Positions 43,719-53,644 of a stretch of DNA of 64,000 nucleotides are shown here, piece after piece. Source of the stretch: an uncultured Solibacteraceae bacterium (GTDB lineage Bacteria > Acidobacteriota > Vicinamibacteria > Vicinamibacterales > SCN-69-37); assembly GCA_964419785.1 (NCBI GenBank), contig CAYQRM010000112.1:5927-69926 (forward strand), given 5' to 3'. The notes beneath the pieces are model-generated. The model was given only the letters and a program-made list of their open reading frames with translations. It searched no databases and was not told the origin of the DNA. The position numbers and the translations under genes were made by a program. Positions within the stretch are counted from its first letter, which is position 1, and every line of letters starts with the position of its first letter.

Positions 43719-44915
43719 CTACGGCGGCGTTTGCGTCTTTCGCTTCGGATTGAAGAACGGCGTCGGCGTGACGGTCGCGCGCACGCGATGTCGTACCGCG
43801 TCGACCGTGTGCTCGACGGTGAGCTCGGTCCCCGGGCCAGCTGAGGCCGACTCCACGGTCGCGATCCCGATCATCTGCTTCAGCACCGGCGACCACGTCG
43901 ACGACGTCATGCGACCGATCTGACGTCCGCCAGCGTGCACGGGCACGGCCACACGCGAGGTCGTCGCCTGCGCGAGCGGCGGCAGCCCGACTGCCTCGTA
44001 GAGCGCTTCCACGTCCGGCCAGTGCATCGCGAGGCCGACGATGCGCCGCCGAGGGCCGCGCGTGCGTTCTGCCGCAAGCGCCGCCCGGCCGATGAACGGC
44101 CCTTTGTCGAGCTCGACGAGCCGGTCGAGGCTCATCTCGAAGGGTGTGTAGAGCTGCGATGACGTCAGCGCCTTGCGCACGCTGCAGAAATCGACGTCGA
44201 TGAGCAGCAACCCGGCCTCGACCCGCGCGACATCGAGCGCCAGCAGGCCCGTCGGCAGCAAACCGTACGGGGATCCGGCCCCGACGAGCGCGTCCCAGAC
44301 CGCACCGGCGTCGGCGCGATGCATCCAGATCTCGTACCCGAGATCGCCGGTGTATCCCGTGCGGGAGATCTCGACGGATCGTCCGGCGATCGTTCCATTC
44401 GTGACGCGGAAGTACTTCAAGCCGTCGATGTCCGCCCGGGCGGCCGCGCGAAGCACGTTCGCCGACGTCGGTCCTTGCAGCGCGAGCGCGGCGGTGCGCT
44501 CGGAAATGTCTTCGACGCCGACCGTCAGACCGGCCGACTGTCGCGTGATCCAGCTCAAGTTCGGATCGGCGGCGGTCCAGCGGAATCGGTCCTCCGCCAG
44601 CCGCGTGACCGTCCCGTCGTCAATCACCCGGCCGTCTTCGTCGCACCACGGCGTGTAGATGACCTGACCGGGCGTGAGCCTCGACGCGCTGCGCGTGATG
44701 ATGCGATCGACGAGCTTCACCGCGTCGCGGCCGGTGACGAGATACTTGAAGAGGGGCGAGATGTCGAGCAGCGCCGCACCGTTGCGGATCGCGTTGTACT
44801 CGTGCTCGTGCAGCGGCTCGTACGAGCTCGGCGCGTAATAGCCGGCCCAGTCGCGATAGCTCAGGCTCGCGCAGAGCGGGAACGTCCGGTCGTGAAACGG
44901 AGTGCCGACGGGCAC
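43719..44915 (-). CDS. aminomethyltransferase-family (GcvT-like) folate-binding protein
   Basis: 398 aa. AGYYAPSSY...EYNAIRNGAALLDISPLFKY...ALQGP...ISRTGYTGDLGYEIW is colinear with GcvT/DmdA-type enzymes. Confidence 0.75.
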   Translation of the reverse strand: MPVGTPFHDRTFPLCASLSYRDWAGYYAPSSYEPLHEHEYNAIRNGAALLDISPLFKYLVTGRDAVKLVDRIITRSASRLTPGQVIYTPWCDEDGRVIDDGTVTRLAEDRFRWTAADPNLSWITRQSAGLTVGVEDISERTAALALQGPTSANVLRAAARADIDGLKYFRVTNGTIAGRSVEISRTGYTGDLGYEIWMHRADAGAVWDALVGAGSPYGLLPTGLLALDVARVEAGLLLIDVDFCSVRKALTSSQLYTPFEMSLDRLVELDKGPFIGRAALAAERTRGPRRRIVGLAMHWPDVEALYEAVGLPPLAQATTSRVAVPVHAGGRQIGRMTSSTWSPVLKQMIGIATVESASAGPGTELTVEHTVDAVRHRVRATVTPTPFFNPKRKTQTPP

Positions 44916-44953
44916 GGGGAATTATAGTGCTTGCTCTTATATGATGAGCGCGA

Positions 44954-46534
44954 ATGCCGAGCAAGTATGACGCGATCGTCGTCGGCGCGGGGCACAACGG
45001 GCTGACGACGGCGGCGTACCTCGCACGAGCGGGTCGCAAGGTCCTCGTCCTCGAAAAACGCCACGTGGTGGGCGGCGCGGCGGTCACCGAAGAGATCTTC
45101 CCGGGATTCAAATTCTCCGTCTGCTCGTACGTCGTCTCGCTGCTGAGGCCGGAGATCATCCGCGAGCTCGGTCTGGCGAAGCACGGCCTCGAGATCCTGC
45201 CGCTCGACGGCACGTTCACGCCGATGCCGAGCGGCGACTATCTCTGGCGTGTGGACGATCACGCCCAGACGTACCGAGAGATTGCGCGGCACTCGCGCCT
45301 CGACGCGGACGTGTACGACGAGTACGGCCGCGCGATGGTCGAGATGGGTCGCTTCGCGAAAGCGATCCTCGCGATGACGCCGCCCGATCCGTTTTCGATG
45401 AAGCTCAAGGATCTGCGCGCGCTCGGCGCGCTCGCCAAGCGCTTCAGAGATCTGCCGGACACCGACCGCTATCACCAGCTTCAGCTGTTGACGATGAGCG
45501 CAGTCGATTTTCTGGATCAATGGTTCGAGACCGACGTCCTGAAAGCGACGATGTCGGCGTCGGGCATCATCGGCACGTTTCAGGGCGTGCGCTCGCCCGG
45601 CACCGCGTATGTGCTGCTCCACCACTACATGGGCGACATCGACGGCGCCTTCAGATCGTGGGGGCTGTCGAAGGGCGGCACGGGACAAGTGTCCGCCTCG
45701 ATCGCCGGCGCCGCGAAAGCGGCGGGTGCGGAGATCCGATTGAGCTCGCCTGTCCGGCACATTCTCGTGAGCGGCAACGACGCGACGGGCGTCGTGCTCG
45801 AAAACGGCGACTACCACATGGCGTCGATCGTGCTGTCGAGTGTCGATCCCCGCCTGACGTTCCTGCACATGGTCGGCGAGGACCATCTGCCCGACGACTT
45901 CGTCGAAGACATTCGCCGGTACAAGTTCCGCGGATCCTCGGGCAAGGTCAATCTCGCGCTCGACGGCCTGCCGAGCTTCACGTGCAAGCCAGGACCGGGA
46001 CCGCATCTGCGCGGCGCGATTTCCATCTCGCCGAGCGTCGACTACATGGAGCGCGCCTACGACGAAGCGAAATACGGACGGTTCTCGCGTCGTCCGTACA
46101 TCGACATCGTCATTCCGAGCCTGACCGACTCGACGCTCGCGCCGCCGGGCAAGCACGTCATGTCGTGCTTCGTGCAGTACGCGCCGTACGCGCTTCGCGA
46201 CGGCAGCTGGGACGAGGCGCGCGAGAGTTTCGGCGATACGGTGATCGACACGATCGCCGAGCACGCACCGAACATTCGCAATCTGATTCTTCATCGCCAG
46301 GTGCTGACGCCGCTTGATCTCGAGCGCGAGTTCGGCCTCACCGAAGGCAACATCTTTCAAGGCGAGCTCTCGCTCGAACAGCTCTTCTTTCTGCGGCCCG
46401 CGCCAGGCTGGGCGGATTACCGCACGCCGATTCGCCGGCTGTACCTTTGCGGCTCGGCCACGCACCCGGGCGGCGGGATCATGGCGGCGCCCGGGCGCAA
46501 CGCCGCCCTCCGCGCGCTGGCGGATCGGTACTGA
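44954..46534 (+). CDS. CrtI/phytoene-desaturase-family NAD(P)/FAD-dependent oxidoreductase
   Basis: 526 aa. YDAIVVGAGHNGLTTAAYLARAGRKVLVLEKRHVVGGAA. C-terminal LCGSATHPGGGI. Confidence 0.75.
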   Translation: MPSKYDAIVVGAGHNGLTTAAYLARAGRKVLVLEKRHVVGGAAVTEEIFPGFKFSVCSYVVSLLRPEIIRELGLAKHGLEILPLDGTFTPMPSGDYLWRVDDHAQTYREIARHSRLDADVYDEYGRAMVEMGRFAKAILAMTPPDPFSMKLKDLRALGALAKRFRDLPDTDRYHQLQLLTMSAVDFLDQWFETDVLKATMSASGIIGTFQGVRSPGTAYVLLHHYMGDIDGAFRSWGLSKGGTGQVSASIAGAAKAAGAEIRLSSPVRHILVSGNDATGVVLENGDYHMASIVLSSVDPRLTFLHMVGEDHLPDDFVEDIRRYKFRGSSGKVNLALDGLPSFTCKPGPGPHLRGAISISPSVDYMERAYDEAKYGRFSRRPYIDIVIPSLTDSTLAPPGKHVMSCFVQYAPYALRDGSWDEARESFGDTVIDTIAEHAPNIRNLILHRQVLTPLDLEREFGLTEGNIFQGELSLEQLFFLRPAPGWADYRTPIRRLYLCGSATHPGGGIMAAPGRNAALRALADRY

Positions 46535-46537
46535 CGC

Positions 46538-48121
46538 ATGCGTGACGCGATCGTCATCGGCGGCGGACTGAACGGCTTGATCGCTGCGGCGTCGCTCGCG
46601 CGGCGCGGCGTGTCCGTCGTGCTCGTCGATCAGCGGCCGGAGATCGGCGGCGCGGCAGTCACCTCGGAAATCGCCCCAGGCTTTCGCGCGCCGGCGCTCA
46701 GCCACGCGCTCGGACCGATCGACGCGCACGTCGCGCGCGCGCTCAGACTCAGCCATGCGGGCGTCGAGCTCATCACGCCCGATCCCGCGGTCACGTCACT
46801 CGGACAGGATCGGCGAACGGTGGTGTTTCACCGCGACCCGGTTCTGACGGCGGCGTCCATTCACCCGCACTCGTCCGGCGATGCCTCGCGCTGGCGCGGA
46901 TTTCTGCAGACGACCCAGCGGATCACCGACATCATCGCGGCGTTCGATCACCAGGCGCTGCCGTCGATCGACGACTTGCGGACGCGCGACTGGTGGCCGC
47001 TTGTCAAGATCGGGCGGCGCGTTCGGAATCTCGGCAAGGCGGATCTCGCGCGCTTCGCTCGCTGGCTGCCGATGGCCGTTGCCGATCTCGCCGCCGAGTG
47101 GTTCGAGACAGACCTCCTGCAGGCCGCGATTTGCGCTCGTGCCGTGTTCGGCAACTTCGCTGGACCCTGGTCGGCGGGCACGGGCGCGATGCTGCTGCAA
47201 TCGCTCGCTGCCGATCCGTTCCCTGTCGGCAGTGGCGTCACCGCGAAGGGCGGCCCTGGCGCGGTGACGCAGGCGCTGGCCGCCGTGGCCAGCAAGGCTG
47301 GCGCGGAGATCGTGACGGGAGCGCGCGTCGTGCGAATCGTCGTGCGCGACGGCCGCGCCACGGGCGTCGAGCTCGAGAATGGCCAATCACACGAAGCCCG
47401 CGCGATCGTCGTGGCGATCGATCCGCGCCGCGCGATGCTGGAGCTCGTCGATCCCGTCGAGCTGCCGGTGCGATTCCGCCAGCGCATGAAGAATGTGCGC
47501 GCCCGCGGCGTCACGGCCAAGATCAACCTCGCGCTCTCGAGAACACCCACCTTCCCCGCGCTCGCGGACGACCTGGTGCCGCTTCGCGGACGGTTCCTTA
47601 TTGCTCCGAACGTCGACTATCTCGAGCGCGCGTTCGACGCAGTGAAGTACGGCGAGATGTCGGCCGAGCCCTGGCTCGAGCTCTCGATGCCGAGCGTGCT
47701 CGATCCGACGCTTGCGCCCGACGGCAAGCACGTCATGTCGATCTACGCGCACTACGCGCCGCGGCAGCTGCGCGGCGCGGAGTGGGACGCCACGCGCGAG
47801 ACGCTGTACCGATCGGTGCTTCGCGTGCTCGAGCCGCACATTCGCGATCTTCCGTCGTTCATCGTCGCCCGGCAGGTCATCACGCCGGAAGATCTCGAAC
47901 GCGACCTCGGCGCCTCGGGTGGACACATCTTTCATGGCGAGCCGACGATCGATCAGTCGTTCATCGCGCGGCCGCAGCTTGGCTGGGCGCAATACCGCAC
48001 GCCGATCGCCGGACTGTTTCTGGCGAGCGCGGGCACACATCCCGGCGGCGGTCTCACCGGCCTCTCCGGCTGGCTCGCTGCCGAGACCGTGCACGGCGAT
48101 CTGAAGAACCGCCGGCGATAA
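46538..48121 (+). CDS. CrtI-family FAD-dependent oxidoreductase, tandem paralog
   Basis: 527 aa. DAIVIGGGLNGLIAAASLARRGVSVVLVDQRPEIGGAA. C-terminal ASAGTHPGGGL. Colinear with the preceding gene, 3-nt spacer. Confidence 0.75.
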   Translation: MRDAIVIGGGLNGLIAAASLARRGVSVVLVDQRPEIGGAAVTSEIAPGFRAPALSHALGPIDAHVARALRLSHAGVELITPDPAVTSLGQDRRTVVFHRDPVLTAASIHPHSSGDASRWRGFLQTTQRITDIIAAFDHQALPSIDDLRTRDWWPLVKIGRRVRNLGKADLARFARWLPMAVADLAAEWFETDLLQAAICARAVFGNFAGPWSAGTGAMLLQSLAADPFPVGSGVTAKGGPGAVTQALAAVASKAGAEIVTGARVVRIVVRDGRATGVELENGQSHEARAIVVAIDPRRAMLELVDPVELPVRFRQRMKNVRARGVTAKINLALSRTPTFPALADDLVPLRGRFLIAPNVDYLERAFDAVKYGEMSAEPWLELSMPSVLDPTLAPDGKHVMSIYAHYAPRQLRGAEWDATRETLYRSVLRVLEPHIRDLPSFIVARQVITPEDLERDLGASGGHIFHGEPTIDQSFIARPQLGWAQYRTPIAGLFLASAGTHPGGGLTGLSGWLAAETVHGDLKNRRR

Positions 48122-48150
48122 CTGGTGTCTCGCGGTCGTGTTGCGCGCCG

Positions 48151-48172
48151 TCGTGAGCTACGTGGTTGATCC
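48151..48172. repeat. partial copy of the CACGAAG inverted-repeat element
   Basis: tcgtgagctacgtggttgatcc matches 21 of 22 positions of the reverse complement of 34295-34316 (ggatcaaccacgaagctcacga). Confidence 0.65.
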
Positions 48173-48206
48173 AGCTTGAAAGGCTCGAGCCCTGGGCTGA
48201 CGCTGG

Positions 48207-49166
48207 TCAGAACACATCAAGACTCGGATACACGACTGCCTTCGGCGCGGGCACGATGGCCGCAAGATCGCCGCAGGGACGCAGCATCATGATCTCTTCC
48301 GCAGGCGTCTCTTTAACGATGCGCCACTGCGGCGGATGACACCCGCGCGGCAGGCGGGCGCGAACGACGAGCGGACCCTCGGCGGGAGTCCGCGCCGCGA
48401 GCACTTGCAGCATCGCCCCAACGCGCGCGCCGGACGGATCGCGATCGCCGCAATCCTCGAGGACGTTGCCGCGAGGCCCGCGCGTCATGATCACGTACGC
48501 GACGGGCTGATTGGCTTCCTCGGTCACGAAGAACTCGACCGACCTCAGACCGATCGGGCCGAGCCCGGCGAGCAGTCGGCGTCGCGCGAGGACGAACGCC
48601 AGAAAGTCCGCGCTGCGATCGAGCGCGAACGATGCGCCTGCGCGCGCGCGCGCCGAAAGCTCTGCGATGCCGTCCAGATCGCGCGCGTCGCCCGAGCGAA
48701 CGAGCACCGCCGGCGCGCCGCCTCGTCCCCGCAGCACCTCGATCGTCTGCTCCGACGTCGGAACCACCTTGAATCCGAGCTGCTCGTAGTACGTCGCGCC
48801 AATTTCCGAAAACAGCAGCGCCTGCTCGCATCCGCGCCGGGCAGCGTCGGCGACGAGCGCGTCAACGAGAACGTGTGCGTGCCCGCGGCCGCGGAGCACC
48901 GGCGGAGTGAACACAGCGCCAATGCCGGCGACCGCGATTCGGCGCCCCTCGGTCCATGCCTCGAGGTCATACCGCTTGGCGCTGGCGAGCACCCGGCCGC
49001 CCTCGACCAGCGCATGCCTGGACAGCCTCGCCCGGCCCCACGTCGTCTCACGTTGCGCGCGGTACCACTTGGCGTAGGCGTCCTCGGTAAGTCCTTCTCC
49101 CCAAATAGGATAAGTGTCCTGGAGTATCTCGTGGAGCCTCTCGCCGTCCGCCGTCACCAGCTCCAT
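48207..49166 (-). CDS. GNAT-family N-acetyltransferase with C-terminal extension
   Basis: 319 aa. Acetyl-CoA region VFTPPVLRGRGHAHVLVDAL...LLFSEIGATYYEQLGFK. Confidence 0.7.
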   Translation of the reverse strand: MELVTADGERLHEILQDTYPIWGEGLTEDAYAKWYRAQRETTWGRARLSRHALVEGGRVLASAKRYDLEAWTEGRRIAVAGIGAVFTPPVLRGRGHAHVLVDALVADAARRGCEQALLFSEIGATYYEQLGFKVVPTSEQTIEVLRGRGGAPAVLVRSGDARDLDGIAELSARARAGASFALDRSADFLAFVLARRRLLAGLGPIGLRSVEFFVTEEANQPVAYVIMTRGPRGNVLEDCGDRDPSGARVGAMLQVLAARTPAEGPLVVRARLPRGCHPPQWRIVKETPAEEIMMLRPCGDLAAIVPAPKAVVYPSLDVF

Positions 49167-49234
49167 TGCGGGCCGCCGCCTCCGGCCACAATTCTGACCT
49201 TTTTCCTTTAGTCACTGTACAGGTCTAATGGGGT

Positions 49235-51082
49235 ATGACGCCCCAACGCCTGCACCTGATGAGGCCGGTTGTGGCGACCGCCACGGCCGCCACGCTCTTC
49301 AGCCTGCTCACGACGAACCCGATTGCCGCCGAAGGCACGAGCGCCGTGCCTGACAAGGCGGATGCGCGGACGGTCGCGCACGTGCTCGATCGAATCGGTT
49401 TCGGCGCGAAGCCCGGCGACGTCGAGCGCGTCCAGAAAGTGGGCCTCACCGCATACATCGAAGAGCAGCTGCATCCCGAGAAGATTGCGGACGAATCGCT
49501 CACCATGCAGCTCGAACAGTACTCGACGATCACCATGAGCTCGAAGGAGCTCGCCGACAAGTACTACATGCCGGCCATGGAACTGCGTCGCGACGCGCAG
49601 CTCAAGCAGCAGAAGGCTGCGGCCAAAGCCGCCAAGTCCGACGACACGACGACGAACAGCAGCGGCGCGTCGGGCGATGCGAAGCCGACGCCGCCGCCGG
49701 TGCCGCCTGAAGTGCGGCAGGTCCAGCAGGCGCAACAGAACGTCATGAACGAGCTGATGCAGTCGCGCCTGCTCCGCGACGTCGACTCCGACAAGCAGCT
49801 CCAGGAAGTGCTCACCGACTTCTGGTTCAACCACTTCAATGTCTTCGTCGGCAAGGGCCAGGTGCGGGAGTACCTGACGGCATACGAGCGCGACGTGATT
49901 CGTCCGCACGTGCTCGGCAACTTCCGCGACCTGCTCGGCGCGACCGCGCACAGCCCGGCGATGCTCTTCTATCTCGACAACTGGCAGAGCTCGACGCCAA
50001 ACGCGCCGGCGATGCTCAGTCCAGAGATGGAGCGCCGGATTCTGAACAATCCCCGGATGGCGGCGGCGCAGAGGCAGCAGATGGTGTCGCGGCTGCAGGC
50101 GGCGCAGAAGAACGCACCGAAGGGCCTCAACGAGAACTACGGCCGCGAGCTGATGGAGCTCCACACGCTCGGCGTCGACGGCGGCTACACGCAAGATGAC
50201 GTCATCAACGTCGCGCGCGCGTTCACCGGCTGGACGATCGATCGCCCGCAACAGGGCGGCGGATTCGTCTTCAAGCCGCAGATGCACGACACGGCCGAGA
50301 AGACGATCCTCGGCGTGAAGTTCCCTGCCGGCGGCGGCGAGAACGAGGGTGAGCGTGTGCTCGACATCCTCGCGAAACATCCGTCGACCGCACATCACAT
50401 CGCGTTCGAGCTGGCGCAGCGGTTCGTGTCGGACACGCCACCCGCGTCGCTCGTCGACCGCGCCGCGAAGCGTTTCCTCGACACCAAGGGCGATCTGCGC
50501 GAGGTCACGCGCACGATCATCGAGTCCCCCGAGTTCTTTGCCGACGACGCCTATCGCGCCAAGGTCAAGACGCCGCTCGAGTTCGTGGTCTCCGCCGTTC
50601 GCGCGACCGGCGCGGTCGTCGTCAATCCGCAGCCGCTCGTCGCCGAATTGCGAACGCTCGGCATGCCGCTCTATGGCTGCGTGCCGCCGACCGGCTACAG
50701 CATGACGGCCGACGCGTGGGTGAACACGGGCTCGCTGCTCAACCGGATGAACTTCGCGCTGCAGCTCGTGAACGGCCAAGTCCAGCCGGGTCCTGGCGGC
50801 CCGCGCGCCGGCGGACCGCCGCCCGGACGCAACGGTCAGCCGCCGCCTGGGCGATTCGGCGGCCCCGGGCCTGGCCCTCGCGCGTTCGGTCCGCGCGGCC
50901 CGATCCAGATCGATCTCACGACGCTCGCCCCCGACACGACCGAGCAGTCGCGCACGAACTTGATCGACTCGATGCTCGCCGGACAGGTGTCGGACGCGAC
51001 GGCCAGAACGCTCGCGCGCGCCGAGACGCCGCAGCAGCTGGTCGCGCTGACGCTCGGGTCGCCGGAATTTCAGCGGCGGTAA
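49235..51082 (+). CDS. DUF1800 domain protein
   Basis: 615 aa with a signal-like N-terminus. LTDFWFNHFNVF and NENYGRELMELHTLG blocks as I recall for DUF1800. Paired with DUF1501. Confidence 0.7.
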   Translation: MTPQRLHLMRPVVATATAATLFSLLTTNPIAAEGTSAVPDKADARTVAHVLDRIGFGAKPGDVERVQKVGLTAYIEEQLHPEKIADESLTMQLEQYSTITMSSKELADKYYMPAMELRRDAQLKQQKAAAKAAKSDDTTTNSSGASGDAKPTPPPVPPEVRQVQQAQQNVMNELMQSRLLRDVDSDKQLQEVLTDFWFNHFNVFVGKGQVREYLTAYERDVIRPHVLGNFRDLLGATAHSPAMLFYLDNWQSSTPNAPAMLSPEMERRILNNPRMAAAQRQQMVSRLQAAQKNAPKGLNENYGRELMELHTLGVDGGYTQDDVINVARAFTGWTIDRPQQGGGFVFKPQMHDTAEKTILGVKFPAGGGENEGERVLDILAKHPSTAHHIAFELAQRFVSDTPPASLVDRAAKRFLDTKGDLREVTRTIIESPEFFADDAYRAKVKTPLEFVVSAVRATGAVVVNPQPLVAELRTLGMPLYGCVPPTGYSMTADAWVNTGSLLNRMNFALQLVNGQVQPGPGGPRAGGPPPGRNGQPPPGRFGGPGPGPRAFGPRGPIQIDLTTLAPDTTEQSRTNLIDSMLAGQVSDATARTLARAETPQQLVALTLGSPEFQRR

Positions 51083-51112
51083 GCAGGTACGTTTGATCTT
51101 GGAGACGCCATC

Positions 51113-52348
51113 ATGATGACTCGACGCATTTTCATGAAAAACGGCACGCTGGCGCTCGTGAGCCTCGGCTTCGCGCCTGCGTTCATCGCGCGCACGGTGA
51201 AGGCCGCCGAAGCGCGCAAGAAAGTGCTCGTCGCGATCTTTCAGCGCGGCGCCGTCGATGGCCTCAACATGATCGTGCCCTACGGCGACAACTCGTACTA
51301 CCAGTCCCGTCCATCGATTGCGATTCCGCGGCCGAACAACGGCGACGGTGCGGTCGACCTCGACGGGTTCTTCGGTCTGCACCCGCGCATGCGGCCGCTC
51401 GCCGACATTTTCCATCGCAACGAGATGGCGATCGTGCACGCTTGCGGATCGCCCGACGAAACGCGGTCGCACTTCGACGCGCAGGACTACATGGAGAGCG
51501 GCACGCCGGGCGTGAAATCCACGCGCGACGGCTGGCTCAACCGCTACCTGCACGCGAAGGAGCACGAAACCGCGAGCCCGTTCCGCGCGGTCGCACTTGC
51601 CCCGCAGCTGCCTCGTACGCTCCAGGGCTCGGCGCCGGCCCTCGCGATCAATCAGCTGAGTCAGTTCGGCGTGCGCGCGGGTCGTTCCAGCGACAGCATG
51701 GAGTCGACGTTCGAAGCCCAGTACGAAGCGGCCGCCGATACCCTGCTGGCGCCGACCGGCAAGGAAGCGTTCGACGCGGTCAAGATGCTCAAGAACTCGG
51801 ACCCGGGCAACTATGTGCCGGCGAACGGCGCCGATTATCCGCGCTCAGGATTCGGGGACGCGATGCGGCAGATCGCGCAGCTCGTGAAGTCCGATCTCGG
51901 CCTCGAGGTCGCGTTCGCCGAGCTCACCGGCTGGGACACGCACGTGCAGCAGGGCAACTCGACGGGTCAGCTCGCCAACCGGCTCGACGATTTCGCGAAG
52001 GGCCTCGCGGCATTCAACGCCGACATGGGCGACCGCATGGCCGACGTCGTCGTCGTGACGATGTCGGAGTTCGGACGCGCGGTGAGCGAGAACGGCAACC
52101 GCGGCACGGATCACGGCCACGGCAACGCGATGATGATCTTCGGCGGACCGGTCAAGGGCGGCAAGGTCTACGGCCGCTGGCCCGGGCTCGCCGTCAACCA
52201 GCGCTGGGAAGGCCGCGACCTCGCGATCACGACGGACTTCCGCAACGTGTTCGCCGATCTCGTCGCCGTCCACCTCGGCGCGCGCGATGTCTCGTCGATC
52301 TTCCCGGGCTACGAATACAAGGGACAGATCGGGTTCCTTCGCACATAG
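51113..52348 (+). CDS. DUF1501 domain protein (sulfatase-like fold, Tat signal)
   Basis: 411 aa. Twin-arginine leader MMTRRIFMKNGTLALVSLGFAPAF. TMSEFGRAVSENGNRGTDHGHGN block. Confidence 0.75.
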   Translation: MMTRRIFMKNGTLALVSLGFAPAFIARTVKAAEARKKVLVAIFQRGAVDGLNMIVPYGDNSYYQSRPSIAIPRPNNGDGAVDLDGFFGLHPRMRPLADIFHRNEMAIVHACGSPDETRSHFDAQDYMESGTPGVKSTRDGWLNRYLHAKEHETASPFRAVALAPQLPRTLQGSAPALAINQLSQFGVRAGRSSDSMESTFEAQYEAAADTLLAPTGKEAFDAVKMLKNSDPGNYVPANGADYPRSGFGDAMRQIAQLVKSDLGLEVAFAELTGWDTHVQQGNSTGQLANRLDDFAKGLAAFNADMGDRMADVVVVTMSEFGRAVSENGNRGTDHGHGNAMMIFGGPVKGGKVYGRWPGLAVNQRWEGRDLAITTDFRNVFADLVAVHLGARDVSSIFPGYEYKGQIGFLRT

Positions 52349-52368
52349 GCGGCCTCGGAACGTGAAAA

Positions 52369-52434
52369 TTGAGGCAGTGAGGCAACGAGTGAGTGAAGAC
52401 CATTCACACATTGCCTCATTGCCCCATTGCCCCG
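52369..52434. repeat. REP-like hairpin, CATTGCCY octamer family
   Basis: ttgaggcagtgaggcaa - 25-nt loop - ttgcctcattgccccattgcccc. About 13-bp stem. Intergenic. Confidence 0.7.
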
Positions 52435-52507
52435 TTTCCTCGTCGCCCCGCCGGCGCATTGTCTAGACTCGCCGAAGCTCCCGAAGACGCTATGCTTTGG
52501 GGGCCTC

Positions 52508-53632
52508 ATGGATTTGTTCTCGATCCCAACCCCACGCGTCTTCGTCGAGCGCCCTCGTCTCCAACACAACATCGCGGCCATGCAGGCGCGGGCGTCGAAT
52601 GCGGGCGTGCGGTTGCGGCCGCATGCGAAGACGCACAAGAGCCCCGCGATCGCGCGCATGCAGCTCGACGCGGGCGCGGTCGGATTGTGTTGCGCCAAGC
52701 TGGGCGAGGCGGAAGTATTTGCCGCCTCGGGCATCACCGACATTCGTCTTCCCTACCCCATCAATCCGTCGAACGCGTCGCGCGTCATCGCGTTGCTCGA
52801 TCGCGGCGTTCGCCTGTCAATCATTGTTGACGACGGCGACGTCGCGGCGGCGTGGTCGTCGGCGATGGTGCGGGCCGGGCGACGGCTCGACGTGCTGGTG
52901 AAAGTGGATGTCGGGCTGCACCGTTGCGGCGTCGACCCGAATTCACCGGCCGTCGTCGAGATGATTCGCGGCGTGTCCGATCTCGCCGGCGTCAGGCTGC
53001 TCGGCCTGCTGAGCCACGCAGGACACGGCTATCACGCGACGTCGGAAGAGGAGTTGCTGGCGATCGCGGACAACGAGATCACCATCCTCACGTCGCTGGC
53101 TGAGCGCGCGCGAGATGCCGGCGTCGAAATCGGCGAGATTTCCGTCGGCGCAACGCCGACGGCGCGCTTCATCACGCGCCAGCGCGGCGCCACGGAGATG
53201 CGTCCGGGCAACTACGTCTTTTTCGATCGCACGCAGGTGGGCTTGGGCTCGGCGACGCTCGACGATTGCGCCTTGTGGGTCGTTTCGACGGTCGTGAGCC
53301 GGCCGGCGCCGACGCGCATCAACTTCGACGCCGGCAGCAAGACGCTGACCAACGACGGCGTGCGCGGCTTCGGCACGCAGGTCGGGCACGGGCTCGTGTG
53401 TCGCAACCTGGACCATCCGACGCCGGACCCGTCGATTGTGATCGAGCGGCTCTCGGAGGAGCATGGCACCGCGCGCGTGCCCGCGGACTGCCCGCTCAAG
53501 ATCGGCGACCGCGTTCGTATCCTTCCCAATCACTCGTGCGTCGTCAGCAACCTGATGGATGAGCTGCTCGTCGTCGACGGCACGTCGATTGTCGACACGC
53601 TGCCGGTCGCCGCGCGCGGACGGATCTGGTAG
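52508..53632 (+). CDS. D-threonine aldolase / D-serine dehydratase-like PLP enzyme (alanine-racemase-N fold, DSD1/D-TA family)
   Basis: Start at MDLFSIPTPRVFVERPRLQHN. RPHAKTHK PLP-lysine motif. C-terminal RLSEEHG...RILPNHSC. Confidence 0.75.
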   Translation: MDLFSIPTPRVFVERPRLQHNIAAMQARASNAGVRLRPHAKTHKSPAIARMQLDAGAVGLCCAKLGEAEVFAASGITDIRLPYPINPSNASRVIALLDRGVRLSIIVDDGDVAAAWSSAMVRAGRRLDVLVKVDVGLHRCGVDPNSPAVVEMIRGVSDLAGVRLLGLLSHAGHGYHATSEEELLAIADNEITILTSLAERARDAGVEIGEISVGATPTARFITRQRGATEMRPGNYVFFDRTQVGLGSATLDDCALWVVSTVVSRPAPTRINFDAGSKTLTNDGVRGFGTQVGHGLVCRNLDHPTPDPSIVIERLSEEHGTARVPADCPLKIGDRVRILPNHSCVVSNLMDELLVVDGTSIVDTLPVAARGRIW

Positions 53633-53644
53633 AGTTCAACCGCT

